Shown: positions 20,878-31,661, counted from the first letter of the stretch. The stretch: 64,000 bases of DNA from an uncultured virus (IMG/VR IMGVR_UViG_3300037067_024288) (IMGVR_UViG_3300037067_024288), one strand, 5' to 3'. A program made the numbers and translations. The notes: generated by a model from the sequence alone, not told the origin.

Positions 20878-21165
20878 TTACCTGTATTTCTTAATTATAA
20901 GAACAATTAATCCAACTCCTACAATTGCACCTCCAATAATAAACAGTTTTTTCTTATTTTCTGAAAACCATCCTTTAGTTTCCATAGGAGGAATAATCTT
21001 AGCAGCCTTTTCCTGTCTATCTTTTTCCATAGCAAGTCTTTCGGCTTCTTTTTGCTTAAGATCGGCTTCTGCAATCTTTTTATTTGCAGCTAATTGCGAT
21101 GGAGTCATGCTTGTTTTTTTTGCTGGTCCCGTAGCATTACGCTCTTGCATTAAATTTGGACTCAT
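20878..21165 (-). CDS. Small membrane protein carrying a 69-bp copy from 19412..20461
   Basis: EADLKQKEAERLAMEKDRQEKAA identical in both. Confidence 0.65.
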   Translation of the reverse strand: MSPNLMQERNATGPAKKTSMTPSQLAANKKIAEADLKQKEAERLAMEKDRQEKAAKIIPPMETKGWFSENKKKLFIIGGAIVGVGLIVLIIKKYR

Positions 21166-21327
21166 GTTTTTTTATTTTAAATGTATATTGTATAAGTATT
21201 TGTTTAGGATCTCTGTCAATTCTGTCAATTCTTTTGACAATAGTACCCCCAAGAGATTTAATTTTATCCTCGTGATCATTAGCTGCTTTTATATCGCTAT
21301 GTATCTTAGAATAAATTTTGGCTTTCA

Positions 21328-22302
21328 TTATTTCTTTTTTCTAAATAATAAGAAACCAATTACTGCTAATCCAAGAACACTACCTCCAACAATATACCAT
21401 GTCTTATTAGACATTCCTCCTACTTCTTCTATATCTAAATCACGTTCACTTTCTGGTATATTTGCAGCTTGTTCGGCTGCCATTCCTTCCTGAAGTGCCT
21501 GAGAATCCTTAGCAGCTTGAGCAGTTACTTGAGCTTCTGTCGTAGCATCCATCTGTGGAGGTTTTTTCCCGATTATTCCTTTGACAGAACCGACAACAGC
21601 AGCAGCAGCTAATAACATTGCTGCCACTTCTTCAACACCAGTTGGATATTCCCAACTTCCATCAGCTCCTTTTTTTAAAAAAGGTTTTTTCTTTGAACCT
21701 TTCTTAATTGTATCTGCAAATTTGGTTCTATTACCTCCCATTTTGTACCAAAAAGTTGTGACTTTATCCCATTTATCTTTTGCCTCTTTATTTCCTTTAT
21801 CGGCGGCATCTTTAAATTCTTGCAACTGACTTGCAATACCGAAAGCATTTAATCTTGCAAGTCCTAAATAAGCTCCACGTACCGGTGCAAGGTTAAAAGT
21901 TTTAAAAACTTGCATAGCTTTACTATCCATTACTTTTTTCTCAACTTTTTTCCCGGCTTTTGTTAAGGAAAGTCCCCCAGACATTACTGCACGTACACCC
22001 TTTTCAGATACACCACCAGTTAAAATAGCTTTTGCAACTCTCCCAGGAGGAATTTTTTTTACAACTTTTTTTCCAAGTTTTGTTTCCGACATTCCCCCGG
22101 AAACGATAGCTTTTCCTAATCTTTTTAAAGAGAAATTTAGATATTCTTGACTGCCTTCGAAATTATCAGAAACATTTTCTACTTGTTCACCAAAAGCATC
22201 TGTAGCCATATCCTGATTTTGTTCTGACATAAGATTGCTCATGTTGTCAGTACTTACACTTGTACCGTCCGAATTAATTTCTTGAATATCAGTTAATGCC
22301 AT
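21328..22302 (-). CDS. Virion membrane protein, acidic N-terminus, basic core, C-terminal TM
   Basis: Three GG(M/V/L)S repeats; TM + RKKK. Confidence 0.55.
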   Translation of the reverse strand: MALTDIQEINSDGTSVSTDNMSNLMSEQNQDMATDAFGEQVENVSDNFEGSQEYLNFSLKRLGKAIVSGGMSETKLGKKVVKKIPPGRVAKAILTGGVSEKGVRAVMSGGLSLTKAGKKVEKKVMDSKAMQVFKTFNLAPVRGAYLGLARLNAFGIASQLQEFKDAADKGNKEAKDKWDKVTTFWYKMGGNRTKFADTIKKGSKKKPFLKKGADGSWEYPTGVEEVAAMLLAAAAVVGSVKGIIGKKPPQMDATTEAQVTAQAAKDSQALQEGMAAEQAANIPESERDLDIEEVGGMSNKTWYIVGGSVLGLAVIGFLLFRKKK

Positions 22303-22306
22303 GACT

Positions 22307-23104
22307 TTATTTTTTAAATGGAAATAATAGTTTCTTATCGATACCTACTGCTATAACTAAAACAGTAGTGATTGCTGCTAAAAATACAACAAAACCGATG
22401 TTGTATTGATTAACATTTTGAGGTTTGTTTTCAACTTTTTGAATAATATTCTGTGAAATATTGCCGGAAAAACTTAAGGTTTCATCTACTGGGCCGGGTT
22501 CTGTTATCTGTTTTTCTTCCGATTCTAATAAACTATCGTAGTAATCGTTAATATTCTGCTCATAAAAATCGGAATTTTCCTGCTCATGGATCATTTCATC
22601 CCGGTTAATAGAATCTAAAATAATACCTTTCCCGGAAGCTTCTTCAAGTATTGTAAGATTAGAAAGGTTTGCTTTAACTTTTTCTTTATCAGATACAGAA
22701 ACAGTAAGTTTAAGAACGGTATTCGGCAGTACCGTATATATTATTTTAGAATCTCCGTCAAGTTCATAGCCATCTGTTGGAAGATCTATTTTTCCTTGAA
22801 ATGAATAACTATCGACATCTGGGGTGAGGGAATTATTTGTGATATTCCCATCTGCACCGCTTTTTACTAATATAAAACCTTGCTGAATTTGATCTGGGTT
22901 ACTTGACCAAACTTTCAAACTATCCATTACATATTTTTCATTACCTATATTATTCAATAGCAAAGCCATACCATTGTCAGTACTTTCCTGAATAGTAACA
23001 TTACTGTTACCGATCAGGTTTGCTTCTATTATTGAAAAGGTATAAACCATTATGAATATTTGTAAATTAAATCGATTAAACCTGAAATACTTCCACAAAC
23101 CCAT
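22307..23104 (-). CDS. Capsid-protein paralog with C-terminal TM
   Basis: ADGN...TPDVDSYSFQ resembles DPNGN...IPDYDSYQFR in 27908..28642. Confidence 0.5.
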   Translation of the reverse strand: MGLWKYFRFNRFNLQIFIMVYTFSIIEANLIGNSNVTIQESTDNGMALLLNNIGNEKYVMDSLKVWSSNPDQIQQGFILVKSGADGNITNNSLTPDVDSYSFQGKIDLPTDGYELDGDSKIIYTVLPNTVLKLTVSVSDKEKVKANLSNLTILEEASGKGIILDSINRDEMIHEQENSDFYEQNINDYYDSLLESEEKQITEPGPVDETLSFSGNISQNIIQKVENKPQNVNQYNIGFVVFLAAITTVLVIAVGIDKKLLFPFKK

Positions 23105-24267
23105 CCATTATTTTGACTCGTAAAATAAAGTCCATTTAATATCTCAGTGCCGGCACCAAGCGTTTCACTTGTCCACGTAGTGCCTCCATTAATAGTATGT
23201 AAAACTTCTTGATTTTCTCCACATGACCATCCGTTATTTAAATCAGTAAAGAACATAGCATATAGATCATTAACCGTACCGGAAACCTGGGGTGTCCAGT
23301 TTACACCACCATCCGTACTAACTAATAAAGTTCCTGACAATCCGCAAGCCCATCCATTATTTGAATCAATGAAGAAAATGGAATAAAGATCAATAATTGT
23401 CCCTGAAGTTCCGGCATTCCAGTTAGCTCCACCGTCGGTTGTGTATAATATTGTACCAAACGTACCGCAAGCCCATCCATTATTTGAATCAATGAAGAAA
23501 ATGGAAAGTAAAGTATTACTTGTCCCGGATACTTGTGGATTCCAATTTGTTCCACCGTTGACAGTAGCTCGTATTTCCCCAGTATTGCCACATACCCAAC
23601 CTGTGTTGTCATCAATAAAGTTTATTGAATTCAAATTTTCAATAGATCCAGATACTTGGGATATCCATGTCCCTCCATTAATATTTGGAGTTTTATGAAT
23701 ATTACCTGAGAGACCGCTAGAATAACCTACTCCGCTAGAAAGCACTTTTACTGCTAAATTTAATGATCCACTACCGTCAGTTATAACATTCCATGTTGCC
23801 CCACCATCATTAGTAAAATAACATCCTCCTAATGACGTAGCAATGCCTTCCAAGCTATTTTTAAATGAAATATTATATATGCCATAATATGATGTATTAA
23901 GTTGTTCAACCCATTGAACAATTGATAAGTTAATTTCTAACTCAATAAATGAATAAGGGCTTACTATTTCATAAACAGTTCCATCTATCGCGTTATTGGC
24001 AAATAGTGAAACATCGCCAATATCAAATTGGTTATTAAATTGATTTACAATATCTTGCGGAGTAGTTATTATTTGTGGTTGATATGTATAGACAGTATCA
24101 TTGGTACGGAAAATAAATGTTGAGTTTGCAGGATAAGAGGTAGCATAAGGAGTTACAGCCCTAAATTTTGTACTCTTTTGAGAGTTTAACTCAATAGGGC
24201 TTAATATTCCAACTTGAGATTCGGTTGCTGTTGAATTTGTAAGTACAAAATCGAATTCCTGTGCCAT
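23050..24267 (-). CDS. YCF48/BNR-repeat beta-propeller protein
   Basis: Repeated F.D.NNGW.CG..G.I..T.DGG.NW units. Confidence 0.9.
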   Translation of the reverse strand: MAQEFDFVLTNSTATESQVGILSPIELNSQKSTKFRAVTPYATSYPANSTFIFRTNDTVYTYQPQIITTPQDIVNQFNNQFDIGDVSLFANNAIDGTVYEIVSPYSFIELEINLSIVQWVEQLNTSYYGIYNISFKNSLEGIATSLGGCYFTNDGGATWNVITDGSGSLNLAVKVLSSGVGYSSGLSGNIHKTPNINGGTWISQVSGSIENLNSINFIDDNTGWVCGNTGEIRATVNGGTNWNPQVSGTSNTLLSIFFIDSNNGWACGTFGTILYTTDGGANWNAGTSGTIIDLYSIFFIDSNNGWACGLSGTLLVSTDGGVNWTPQVSGTVNDLYAMFFTDLNNGWSCGENQEVLHTINGGTTWTSETLGAGTEILNGLYFTSQNNGWVCGSISGLIDLIYKYS

Positions 24268-24273
24268 AATAAT

Positions 24274-25047
24274 CTAGCTCCCATATTTTATGCTTTTTAT
24301 ATTAATGTCAAACTCATTGACAAATTGTTCTAATTTTTGAAGCCTTAATTTATTCAGATCAGTAGATGCCCCATAAAAAACTTTAGAAAATACTTGTAAA
24401 AGTTCTACCCTGGGATAACCGAGGGCGCAATATATTTGTGCTGCATGAAAATCAGCTTCGATTTCCGAATGAATATCTCCGTTTTTAAAAATGTGACAGA
24501 ATTCGTGAAGAAGTATGGCCATGCGACCAGGTATAGTATATTTTCTGAAAATCTTGGCAGATACTTGGACTATTCCGGTTCCTGAATTTATCCGAGCTGG
24601 GGTATTAAGTTCTTTTCCTGTTTGATCTGAAGTAATCGAAGGAAGATATGTGATTTCATATTTCCCGGTATCGTCTAAATATTTTCCGGTAGATATATAA
24701 CCAGCATTATCAGCAAATTTCTGGCAGAATATTACAAATGCGGCAACATCTTTATTTTTGAAGTCCCAAGCATCCATTTGTGTCTGCAATGGCGTAACTT
24801 CTTTCTTAATAAGTTGGATAGGGGATCCGTTTTTTGAACTTAATTCAATAGTTAATAGTTCGGGAGATTGCGGAAGCCGGATAAGAAAATTTTGATTACC
24901 TTGAAATTCGTGATACCGGTCTATATATGCCGTGTTTCGCCTTGCCCCATCATACGCTTTAAGAATTACTGTATTACGTTTTGGGGTACATATATCAAGG
25001 CTTATACATATCTGTCGGTTATTTGACCGGTATTTTAGTTTAATCAT
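24274..25047 (-). CDS. Zinc metalloprotease (HEXXH + downstream E)
   Basis: ILLHEFCH...EIEAD. Confidence 0.75.
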   Translation of the reverse strand: MIKLKYRSNNRQICISLDICTPKRNTVILKAYDGARRNTAYIDRYHEFQGNQNFLIRLPQSPELLTIELSSKNGSPIQLIKKEVTPLQTQMDAWDFKNKDVAAFVIFCQKFADNAGYISTGKYLDDTGKYEITYLPSITSDQTGKELNTPARINSGTGIVQVSAKIFRKYTIPGRMAILLHEFCHIFKNGDIHSEIEADFHAAQIYCALGYPRVELLQVFSKVFYGASTDLNKLRLQKLEQFVNEFDINIKSIKYGS

Positions 25048-25310
25048 ATCAATTTTTAAATAACCAAAATGCCGGGATTTCTCCCGACACTGGTATATTT
25101 AGGCCATTAAGCAGATTTGTAATACTTCATTGCTAAATATCCGGCAGCTATACCTACACCAAGACTAATAGCAAGGGCTTTTTTGTCAAGTCCTATTTTA
25201 GAATTTGTGTAAATACTTTTAGCAGCCACATTAGCGGCAGTAGCAACAACAAAAATTCCCGCACTAATGGCGATCATTTTTACAATCGGTTTCATAAAAC
25301 AATTTTTTAA

Positions 25311-25597
25311 TTAGACCACAGGTTTCGCAGCAGGAACAACTACTTTCGCAGCTTTCTTCTTCTGTATCATTCCTTTAATGTCCTTTATACCTTGCCATGC
25401 ACCGTAGCCAGCAAGTATAAGAACAACTACACTAAGGATTTTCTTTCCCATTTTTTTAATTTTTGAAGGTTAAACAATTATTTTTTTAGGCCAAGAGCTT
25501 GCATAACACCGCCTTTGGCTTTGATATTTTTGTAGCCTTTATAAGCACCGTATATGGCAAGTGCTACAACTGTCCAAGTAAAAATTTTCTGTTTCAT
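25311..25597 (-). CDS. Two small paralogous membrane peptides (25478..25597, 39 aa; 25311..25451, 46 aa)
   Basis: Read directly: MKQKIFTWTVVALAIYGAYKGYKNIK / MGKKILSVVVLILAGYGAWQGIKDIK. Confidence 0.65.
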
Positions 25598-25607
25598 ATT
25601 CTCAAAT

Positions 25608-25775
25608 TTAAAGTTTTATTTTTTTGTTGACATCGGACCGGTTTGGCCGGTCTTCAGTATATTTTCTGCCTGACTTTGATTTTCTTTTGCCAGGATATTT
25701 AGCTTTTCTTTTTTTATCAGCTTTAATAGCTGACTTACTACGTCCTTTTAATTGGCTTGACAGTGTCTTTTTCAT
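25608..25775 (-). CDS. Small highly basic protein (55 aa), possible DNA-condensing virion protein
   Basis: Read directly: MKKTLSSQLKGRSKSAIKADKKRKAKYPGKRKSKSGRKYTEDRPNRSD. Confidence 0.6.
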   Translation of the reverse strand: MKKTLSSQLKGRSKSAIKADKKRKAKYPGKRKSKSGRKYTEDRPNRSDVNKKIKL

Positions 25776-27843
25776 TTTTTTGTCATTTTATAAATTAGCA
25801 ATCCCGTCACTAATATAATAGCTCCTGTAACTGAGTAAAAGACGATAGGGTTCATGCCTAAAATGGTTTTTTTAACCGGAGTAGGTATCATATTGCCAGA
25901 CTGTGTGTTAGTTTGTTCTTTTAATTTATCAGTTGTTTGTTTAAGTAAGTCTAAAATAGTTTTACTTTTTTTTGCATCTGCATTTTCATTTTCACCAGTT
26001 ATACCAAGATGTTTTTGATATCGATGGTTTAGAAATGTTTCAAAATCCATCCCTCGAACAACCTTTGCACTTCTACCATCTCTTTTTTTAGCATCAAAAA
26101 AAGTTTTTTCATCATTAATAAACTGATTTAATGGTTTTTCAGTTTTTGTAAGTTTATGAATTTTAGAAACACTTAGATTTTCCATCTATTTAATTTTTTT
26201 ATTCAAAATGTTTAATAATACAATCCCTGCAATTGCCCCGATTATCGTATTTGTTACAATCTTATCATTTCTCTTGTCGAGAAGTGAAAAACCAGCACCC
26301 ATTGTGCCGCCTATAATGATCCCTTTTAAGAATACACTTTTCATTTTTTGAAAAATTCATAGGTTACAATAATAAATGAAGCAAACATAGCACCTATGAG
26401 TACTCCGCCTACGCCCCTTTTAATAGGATTAATCTCACTACCATCGGGTAGTTGTATCTTCTTTGAATAATAAAATGCACCACTGGCAACGGCCATTGAA
26501 GATAAAAGTATTATTTTAGTCTTGTTGGTCATAATATTTAAGTTTGACGTGACTTATATAGTTTAATTGCTAATATTCCGATCAATGTTGTTACACCAAT
26601 AATTATAAGGATAACTTTAACATTCACCTTTTTCTTTGTTTTTGAGGCTTGATTCATCTTCAGCCTTTCGGTCATGTTTGCAGTGTTTTTAGCGGTAGTT
26701 GTAGGGTTCTTTTTATCAAAAGCTTTCTTTAAACCAAGAGCAGCAACCGTGCTTACAGAATCCTGAACCACTGGATTACTTAATACTTTATTAACATTTT
26801 CAAGAAATTTAGTCGCTTTTCCATCCGCTGATAATTTTCCTGAAAATGATTTATATGATTCCGAATTAAACTGACTTTTAGCAATAAGATCAGCAATACC
26901 TTTTGTTATTTTATCGTTGCCTTTGCTTATTTCATTAGTAATGATATTTGCAATGACTATATCATTATCTTTTACAGAAACATTTATATCATTGTCTCTG
27001 AGTAATTTTACAACATCTGTTTTCTCATCAACAATTAACCGGGATAATTCATCCAGAATAATGTCTTTCATCATCCCTTCATCATTGTAACCAATTGCGT
27101 TACAAAAATTTTCTGTGAAATTATGGTCTTTATATATCATTTTACTGCTAATTGTTTAATGAACTTACCATTCCTTTGTAAATTAAAAGTAGTCGTTTTA
27201 TCTGGGTTCATTATGGTTTTCATTTCCCATCCAAATCTACCACCTTGCGTTACTGTACTATTACCAAAATGATTAATAACACCACCGAACTCAACTTCAC
27301 CTGAATGTGTAGATGGAATATATGAACGAATTAAAAAAGAAGGTGGAACAAAATATCTATATGCTAAAATGCCACCAATAATAATTACTGTTGCTGATGA
27401 AATACCGATTAAAAATCCTTTGCTCATTATAAATTATTTAATGATTAAACTTTACTTTATCTGGTTTTTCGGATCAATATAACAATTGCTGTAAGAGTAA
27501 ATATCAATGCGCCAGATACTATCATTATATTGATATTATTTTCTGAAAGAGCAAATTTTTTACCTTCTTGTTTTGGAGCATCTGCATTTAGTTTTTCGCA
27601 GCCATCGCAGTTGCTTAATATAGGTTGTAATGGTTGAACTTCAGGTTGAAATAATTCTTTATCAGGATGGATTTTAGCTAATTCAGCAAGTGCTGTCTCC
27701 TGATTTTTAGTAACATAATCTGCTAAAGCCACAGCAATGACTTGCGGATCTTTCTTCATTTTATTATACCCTTTTTCAGCAAGAAAATTAAAAGCTTCTC
27801 TGGGATTTCGATCAGCTATTGTAGTATATAGTGTCTGTTTCAT
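25772..27843 (-). CDS. Run of small TM-anchored virion proteins (25772..26185, 26341..26532, 26538..27140, 27137..27427, 27457..27843)
   Basis: Tightly packed co-oriented ORFs, each with a terminal TM helix. Confidence 0.6.
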
Positions 27844-27860
27844 TGCCTAAAGTATAAAGA

Positions 27861-27883
27861 GATGAGGGGAACATCCCCTCATC
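27861..27883 (-). terminator. Hairpin downstream of candidate major capsid gene
   Basis: gatgagggga-aca-tcccctcatc perfect 10-bp stem. Confidence 0.7.
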
Positions 27884-27907
27884 GCAATTATTATGAAAAA
27901 GCAGCCA

Positions 27908-28642
27908 TTATTTCTTTGCAGAAAGGGCTTTATTTACTTTTGGATTTGCATAATTGCTAACCCCTGTTTTACCACGTAAAGTAGCAAACTGATTGATTTT
28001 ACTTGCAGGGAACATCCTAATTTTCAAGGTTGTACTTGCATACAAAGTTGCAATGGTAATGGTTGTCAGCGCATCAACATTAAACTTGTAGTAAATATCA
28101 GTCTGATTGCTACGGAACTGGTAAGAGTCATAGTCAGGGATGAAGCTCATTCCAACTGTATTACCGTTCGGATCCTTAGTTGCTATGGCAACAGAAGTCA
28201 ACACTTGCTGTTCAACAATAGACGATGTTACGTTTGAGGCGATCAAACGAAGTTGACCAACCTGGAAGATTTTTCCTGATACGATATTTGCCAAAAATTC
28301 CCCATACGTCATATTGGTAGGTTCATACCCAAATGTTACACCAGTGACTGCAAACCCAGAAATCAGGGCAAGACCAGCACCAAGGATAGACACGTTTGAA
28401 ATATCAGTCGTAGTTGTGTTAGCCAATACAATTGTGTAAGGCTGAGACTGACCTGAATTCATTTTTTTTGCAGGGGCAGGACCGGCAGCTTCAAGTTCAT
28501 CACCGAAGGCATAAGAATAATCATCGGCTCCTTGATCATCGGCAGATTCAAAATTATCCTCTGCATTTTCCCAAGCATCGGCACTCAGGTAATTTTGATT
28601 AATCGCGTCATTAGCATCAGCGAAATACTGTGATTTTTTCAT
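27908..28642 (-). CDS. Candidate major capsid protein (single jelly-roll-like) with acidic propeptide
   Basis: First large gene of the structural operon, beta-rich core, has a paralog, followed by terminator; no TM. Confidence 0.5.
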   Translation of the reverse strand: MKKSQYFADANDAINQNYLSADAWENAEDNFESADDQGADDYSYAFGDELEAAGPAPAKKMNSGQSQPYTIVLANTTTTDISNVSILGAGLALISGFAVTGVTFGYEPTNMTYGEFLANIVSGKIFQVGQLRLIASNVTSSIVEQQVLTSVAIATKDPNGNTVGMSFIPDYDSYQFRSNQTDIYYKFNVDALTTITIATLYASTTLKIRMFPASKINQFATLRGKTGVSNYANPKVNKALSAKK

Positions 28643-28875
28643 GTTTTTATAGTTTTTAAAAAGTTATTTATTAGGTTGAGGATTATCTTTTTTAACCATC
28701 TTTGCAAAAAGATAGTTTCCAACTACAACACCTGTCACAATTATTAAAAATGTGACTGAGTAACTTAGAATTTGTTTATAATCCAAACCATTTTTCACCT
28801 TTTATAATATTTGTGTTAAAAATAAATTAGTACTCGTCAAAAAATATCATGTATTAATCAAATTGTTTTCAATCT

Positions 28876-29400
28876 TTGAGTGATTTTTTTGTGAAAAAGT
28901 TTATTTTTATTAAAAAAATGAAAACAGAAATTGTTATTAATGCCTTGCATTACGCTACAAAATGCCTTGTGGATAAAATAAATGATTTAGAAATAGAAAA
29001 GAGAGTATGGATTAAACAAGGACATAAAGATGTTGTAAAAAAGATTAATTATGAGATAGACTCTTTAAAAAAAGTTACAATAATTCATTCGGAAATCGAA
29101 GCTGATTTTCATGCAGCACAAATATATTGCGCCTTCGGTTATTCCAGGGTAGTGGGCGAAGCGAAACCTTTATTGGTTAAATCTGTTTGTTCTACTTGCT
29201 CCAATTTTGAGAAGCCAGATTACCGTCCGAAACATACAAAAATAGGATATTGTAAAAAATTAAAGGACGATCATTTTAAATTTTGTAAATTGGATCATAA
29301 AAGTATGTTTGAAATTTTTACGCAAATTGATCTTGAAAATGATGATTTTGAAATAGAAGTTTCAGAAGATTTCGGTTGTGTTTTACACAATAAGGCTTAA
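28876..29400 (+). CDS. Chimeric hypothetical ORF containing 70 bp of the protease gene
   Basis: IHSEIEADFHAAQIYCA.GY.RV shared with 24274..25047; C-terminal CxxC/C..C..H. Confidence 0.55.
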   Translation: MSDFFVKKFIFIKKMKTEIVINALHYATKCLVDKINDLEIEKRVWIKQGHKDVVKKINYEIDSLKKVTIIHSEIEADFHAAQIYCAFGYSRVVGEAKPLLVKSVCSTCSNFEKPDYRPKHTKIGYCKKLKDDHFKFCKLDHKSMFEIFTQIDLENDDFEIEVSEDFGCVLHNKA

Positions 29401-29495
29401 CGGACGGATGTAGTCCCAGTTTGTGAAATAGGAATTAAATCACTATCAAAATACTAAAATGGAACAAGAAATTATAAACCAACAAAATACTAATA

Positions 29496-29768
29496 ATGAT
29501 GAAAATTGTAAAAATGTTCAAAAACCTACTGCAACAGGCATTACGTATGTTTGTTGTTCTATGCAGTTTTTTTAGCCGCATAGATAAAATTCAGTTATTA
29601 ACCTCAGAATGGTCAACCTGCAGAAAAACGTGGGGAATATCGCTTCTATCAATCGGAATGCAACTGCCTTGGAATGGCGTGTCAAATTACACGACAAAAA
29701 CATTCGCATGGATAAGCTATTATAATAAGTCGTGGCATTGCGGATTCTTGTTTTTTAAAATTGCATAG
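29496..29768 (+). CDS. Cassette hypothetical protein
   Basis: ORF ends at the cassette AAC boundary. Confidence 0.45.
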   Translation: MMKIVKMFKNLLQQALRMFVVLCSFFSRIDKIQLLTSEWSTCRKTWGISLLSIGMQLPWNGVSNYTTKTFAWISYYNKSWHCGFLFFKIA

Positions 29769-29879
29769 AACGGTGAGGCTTATAAGCTTGTCAGGTTCCG
29801 TTCGCTTCGCGAGAGATAAAATAAGTATATAACTTGCCTAATGGCTATACGCCTCTGAATTTTAAACGAATAACGAAAC

Positions 29880-30668
29880 ATGAATAACACGCTTACACAT
29901 CCTACGAGAACTGAACCGGAAATGCCGTATGACCGCTTGTTGGCAGCATGTACGGTATTTAATGCGCATTATTCTGATGTTATGTGTTTATTCCCTGATA
30001 AATATTTCGACTGGGCTGTTTGCGATATTCCTTATGGTATTGGAGTTGCTAAAATGGCTTATTTAAAGGAAACAAAAACAACTGTAAAGCAAAAAAATGG
30101 CAATAGAATAAACCCTAATCGAAATAAGAAGAAACATACTTTTAAAGATTGGGACAATGAAACGCCTCCACAAGCCTATTTTGATGAATTAAGACGCATA
30201 AGCAAAAACCAAATAATATTTGGGGCTGATTATACCGACTGGACAGGATTAGGCAAAGGGCGTATTAAATGGAATAAGGGATTTTCGGAAGGTGTAAGTT
30301 TTAACCAATTTGAATATGCTTACTGCAGTTGCATAGATGATGAAATTGAAATACCTCTTTTATGGGCTGGAATGATGCAGGCTAAAAGCCTAAGTGAACC
30401 TATGGTACAGCAAGGAAATAAAAAGCTAAATGAAAAAAGAATACACCCTTGCCATAAACCTGTGATGCTTTACGATGCCATTTTTAAAAGATTTGGCATA
30501 TATAAAATGAAAGTAATTGATACCCATTTAGGCTCTGGAAGCAGCCGAATTACTGCAGATAAATTTGAATGTGAATTTGTCGGTGCTGAAATTGATTCAG
30601 AATATTTTCAAGACCAAGAAAATAGATGGTTCAATTATAAACGAAACTTGAAACTGGCACTTTGGTAG
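29880..30668 (+). CDS. N4/N6 DNA methyltransferase (beta class), cassette-borne
   Basis: DIPY, HPCHKP, DTHLGSGS, GAEID. Confidence 0.9.
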   Translation: MNNTLTHPTRTEPEMPYDRLLAACTVFNAHYSDVMCLFPDKYFDWAVCDIPYGIGVAKMAYLKETKTTVKQKNGNRINPNRNKKKHTFKDWDNETPPQAYFDELRRISKNQIIFGADYTDWTGLGKGRIKWNKGFSEGVSFNQFEYAYCSCIDDEIEIPLLWAGMMQAKSLSEPMVQQGNKKLNEKRIHPCHKPVMLYDAIFKRFGIYKMKVIDTHLGSGSSRITADKFECEFVGAEIDSEYFQDQENRWFNYKRNLKLALW

Positions 30669-30722
30669 TATTGCTGCGGTTAAAGGAGTAGAATATTACC
30701 TGACTACTTCTCCCGCTTGTTG

Positions 30723-30848
30723 CTAACGGCGGCGGTAAGGTGTCGTGCCGTAATTAAACGAACAAAATTATCGAAATATGAATAACACTTATAAACAGCA
30801 GGAACTTTGGCAAAGCACTGAACAGGCATGCACTTTACCGCATGTTAG
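30723..30848. repeat. attC-like recombination hairpin
   Basis: ctaac-ggcg-gcggtaaggtgtcgtgcc ... ggcatgcactttaccgc-at-gttag. Confidence 0.8.
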
Positions 30849-31374
30849 TAACTGGTGCTTGCAGGACCTTTCGAGCGGGGCTAAATTATTGGCTTTATCT
30901 TGGAAAGAACCATTTGCTAGTTTAATGTTGTATGGTAAAATTGAAACAAGGGTTTGGCCTACTAAATATAGAGGGCTGGTACTTATCTGCACGTCAAAGA
31001 AAGCTTATAATCATGAGCAACTTTATAATATTTCTGGAAATTTAGTTAATGATTTTACCCGGAAAGTAATTGGTAGAAATTATGACCATTGGCAAAATAA
31101 TATAATCAAACAAGGTTACGCAATTGCGGTTGGAAGATTAGTTGATTGCAGACTTATGACTAAAGATGATGAAAGCAAGTGTTTTGTTAAATATAGAGAA
31201 CCTTGGAAAGAAGAAAGGATTAGTAAAAAAACTGGCAAAAAAAAGATAGTTGAAGTAAAACTATACTGTCATGTTTATGAGGACGTAAAGCCAATAAAGC
31301 CAATAATTTGGGACGGCAAACAAGGGTGGACTAATGTTTCACAAGATTTAATTCGAAGCATTGAACTTCGATAG
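30778..31374 (+). CDS. ASCH-domain protein, cassette-borne
   Basis: ALSWKEPFASL..GKIETR.W.TKYRG..LI. Confidence 0.85.
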   Translation: MNNTYKQQELWQSTEQACTLPHVSNWCLQDLSSGAKLLALSWKEPFASLMLYGKIETRVWPTKYRGLVLICTSKKAYNHEQLYNISGNLVNDFTRKVIGRNYDHWQNNIIKQGYAIAVGRLVDCRLMTKDDESKCFVKYREPWKEERISKKTGKKKIVEVKLYCHVYEDVKPIKPIIWDGKQGWTNVSQDLIRSIELR

Positions 31375-31383
31375 CACTTGTTG

Positions 31384-31508
31384 CTAACGTTGACGGTATG
31401 AGCTGAAACCGATTTGAAACACAACACTATCAACACGATATGAATTTGATTAGAACTACATACTTTCATTTACGCACCGAGACGGTTTTTGCTTATACCG
31501 TGTGTTGT
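31384..31508. repeat. attC-like recombination hairpin
   Basis: aac-gttg-acggtatgagctgaaaccg ... cggtttttgcttataccgt-gt-gtt. Confidence 0.8.
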
Positions 31509-31661
31509 GTGCATGTAGCTTCCACAAAATTACCTTCGAAGTACTGAACCTTTTTGTTTTATTTTTTAGGGAGGGTATTTTTTTCTTCTTTTTATATTAG
31601 GATATGTTATAAAATAATATTATTTTTACAGTGTTAAATTTTTAATTTAAAAACAAAAATT

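Noticed and set aside
19757..21493. Plus-strand ORFs 19757..20257 and 20753..21493
   Set aside because: Antisense shadows of low-complexity Lys/Ala-rich genes.
24405..29152. Diversity-generating retroelement TR/VR pair
   Set aside because: Only two mismatches, both C/T on the coding strand, and no reverse transcriptase in the window.
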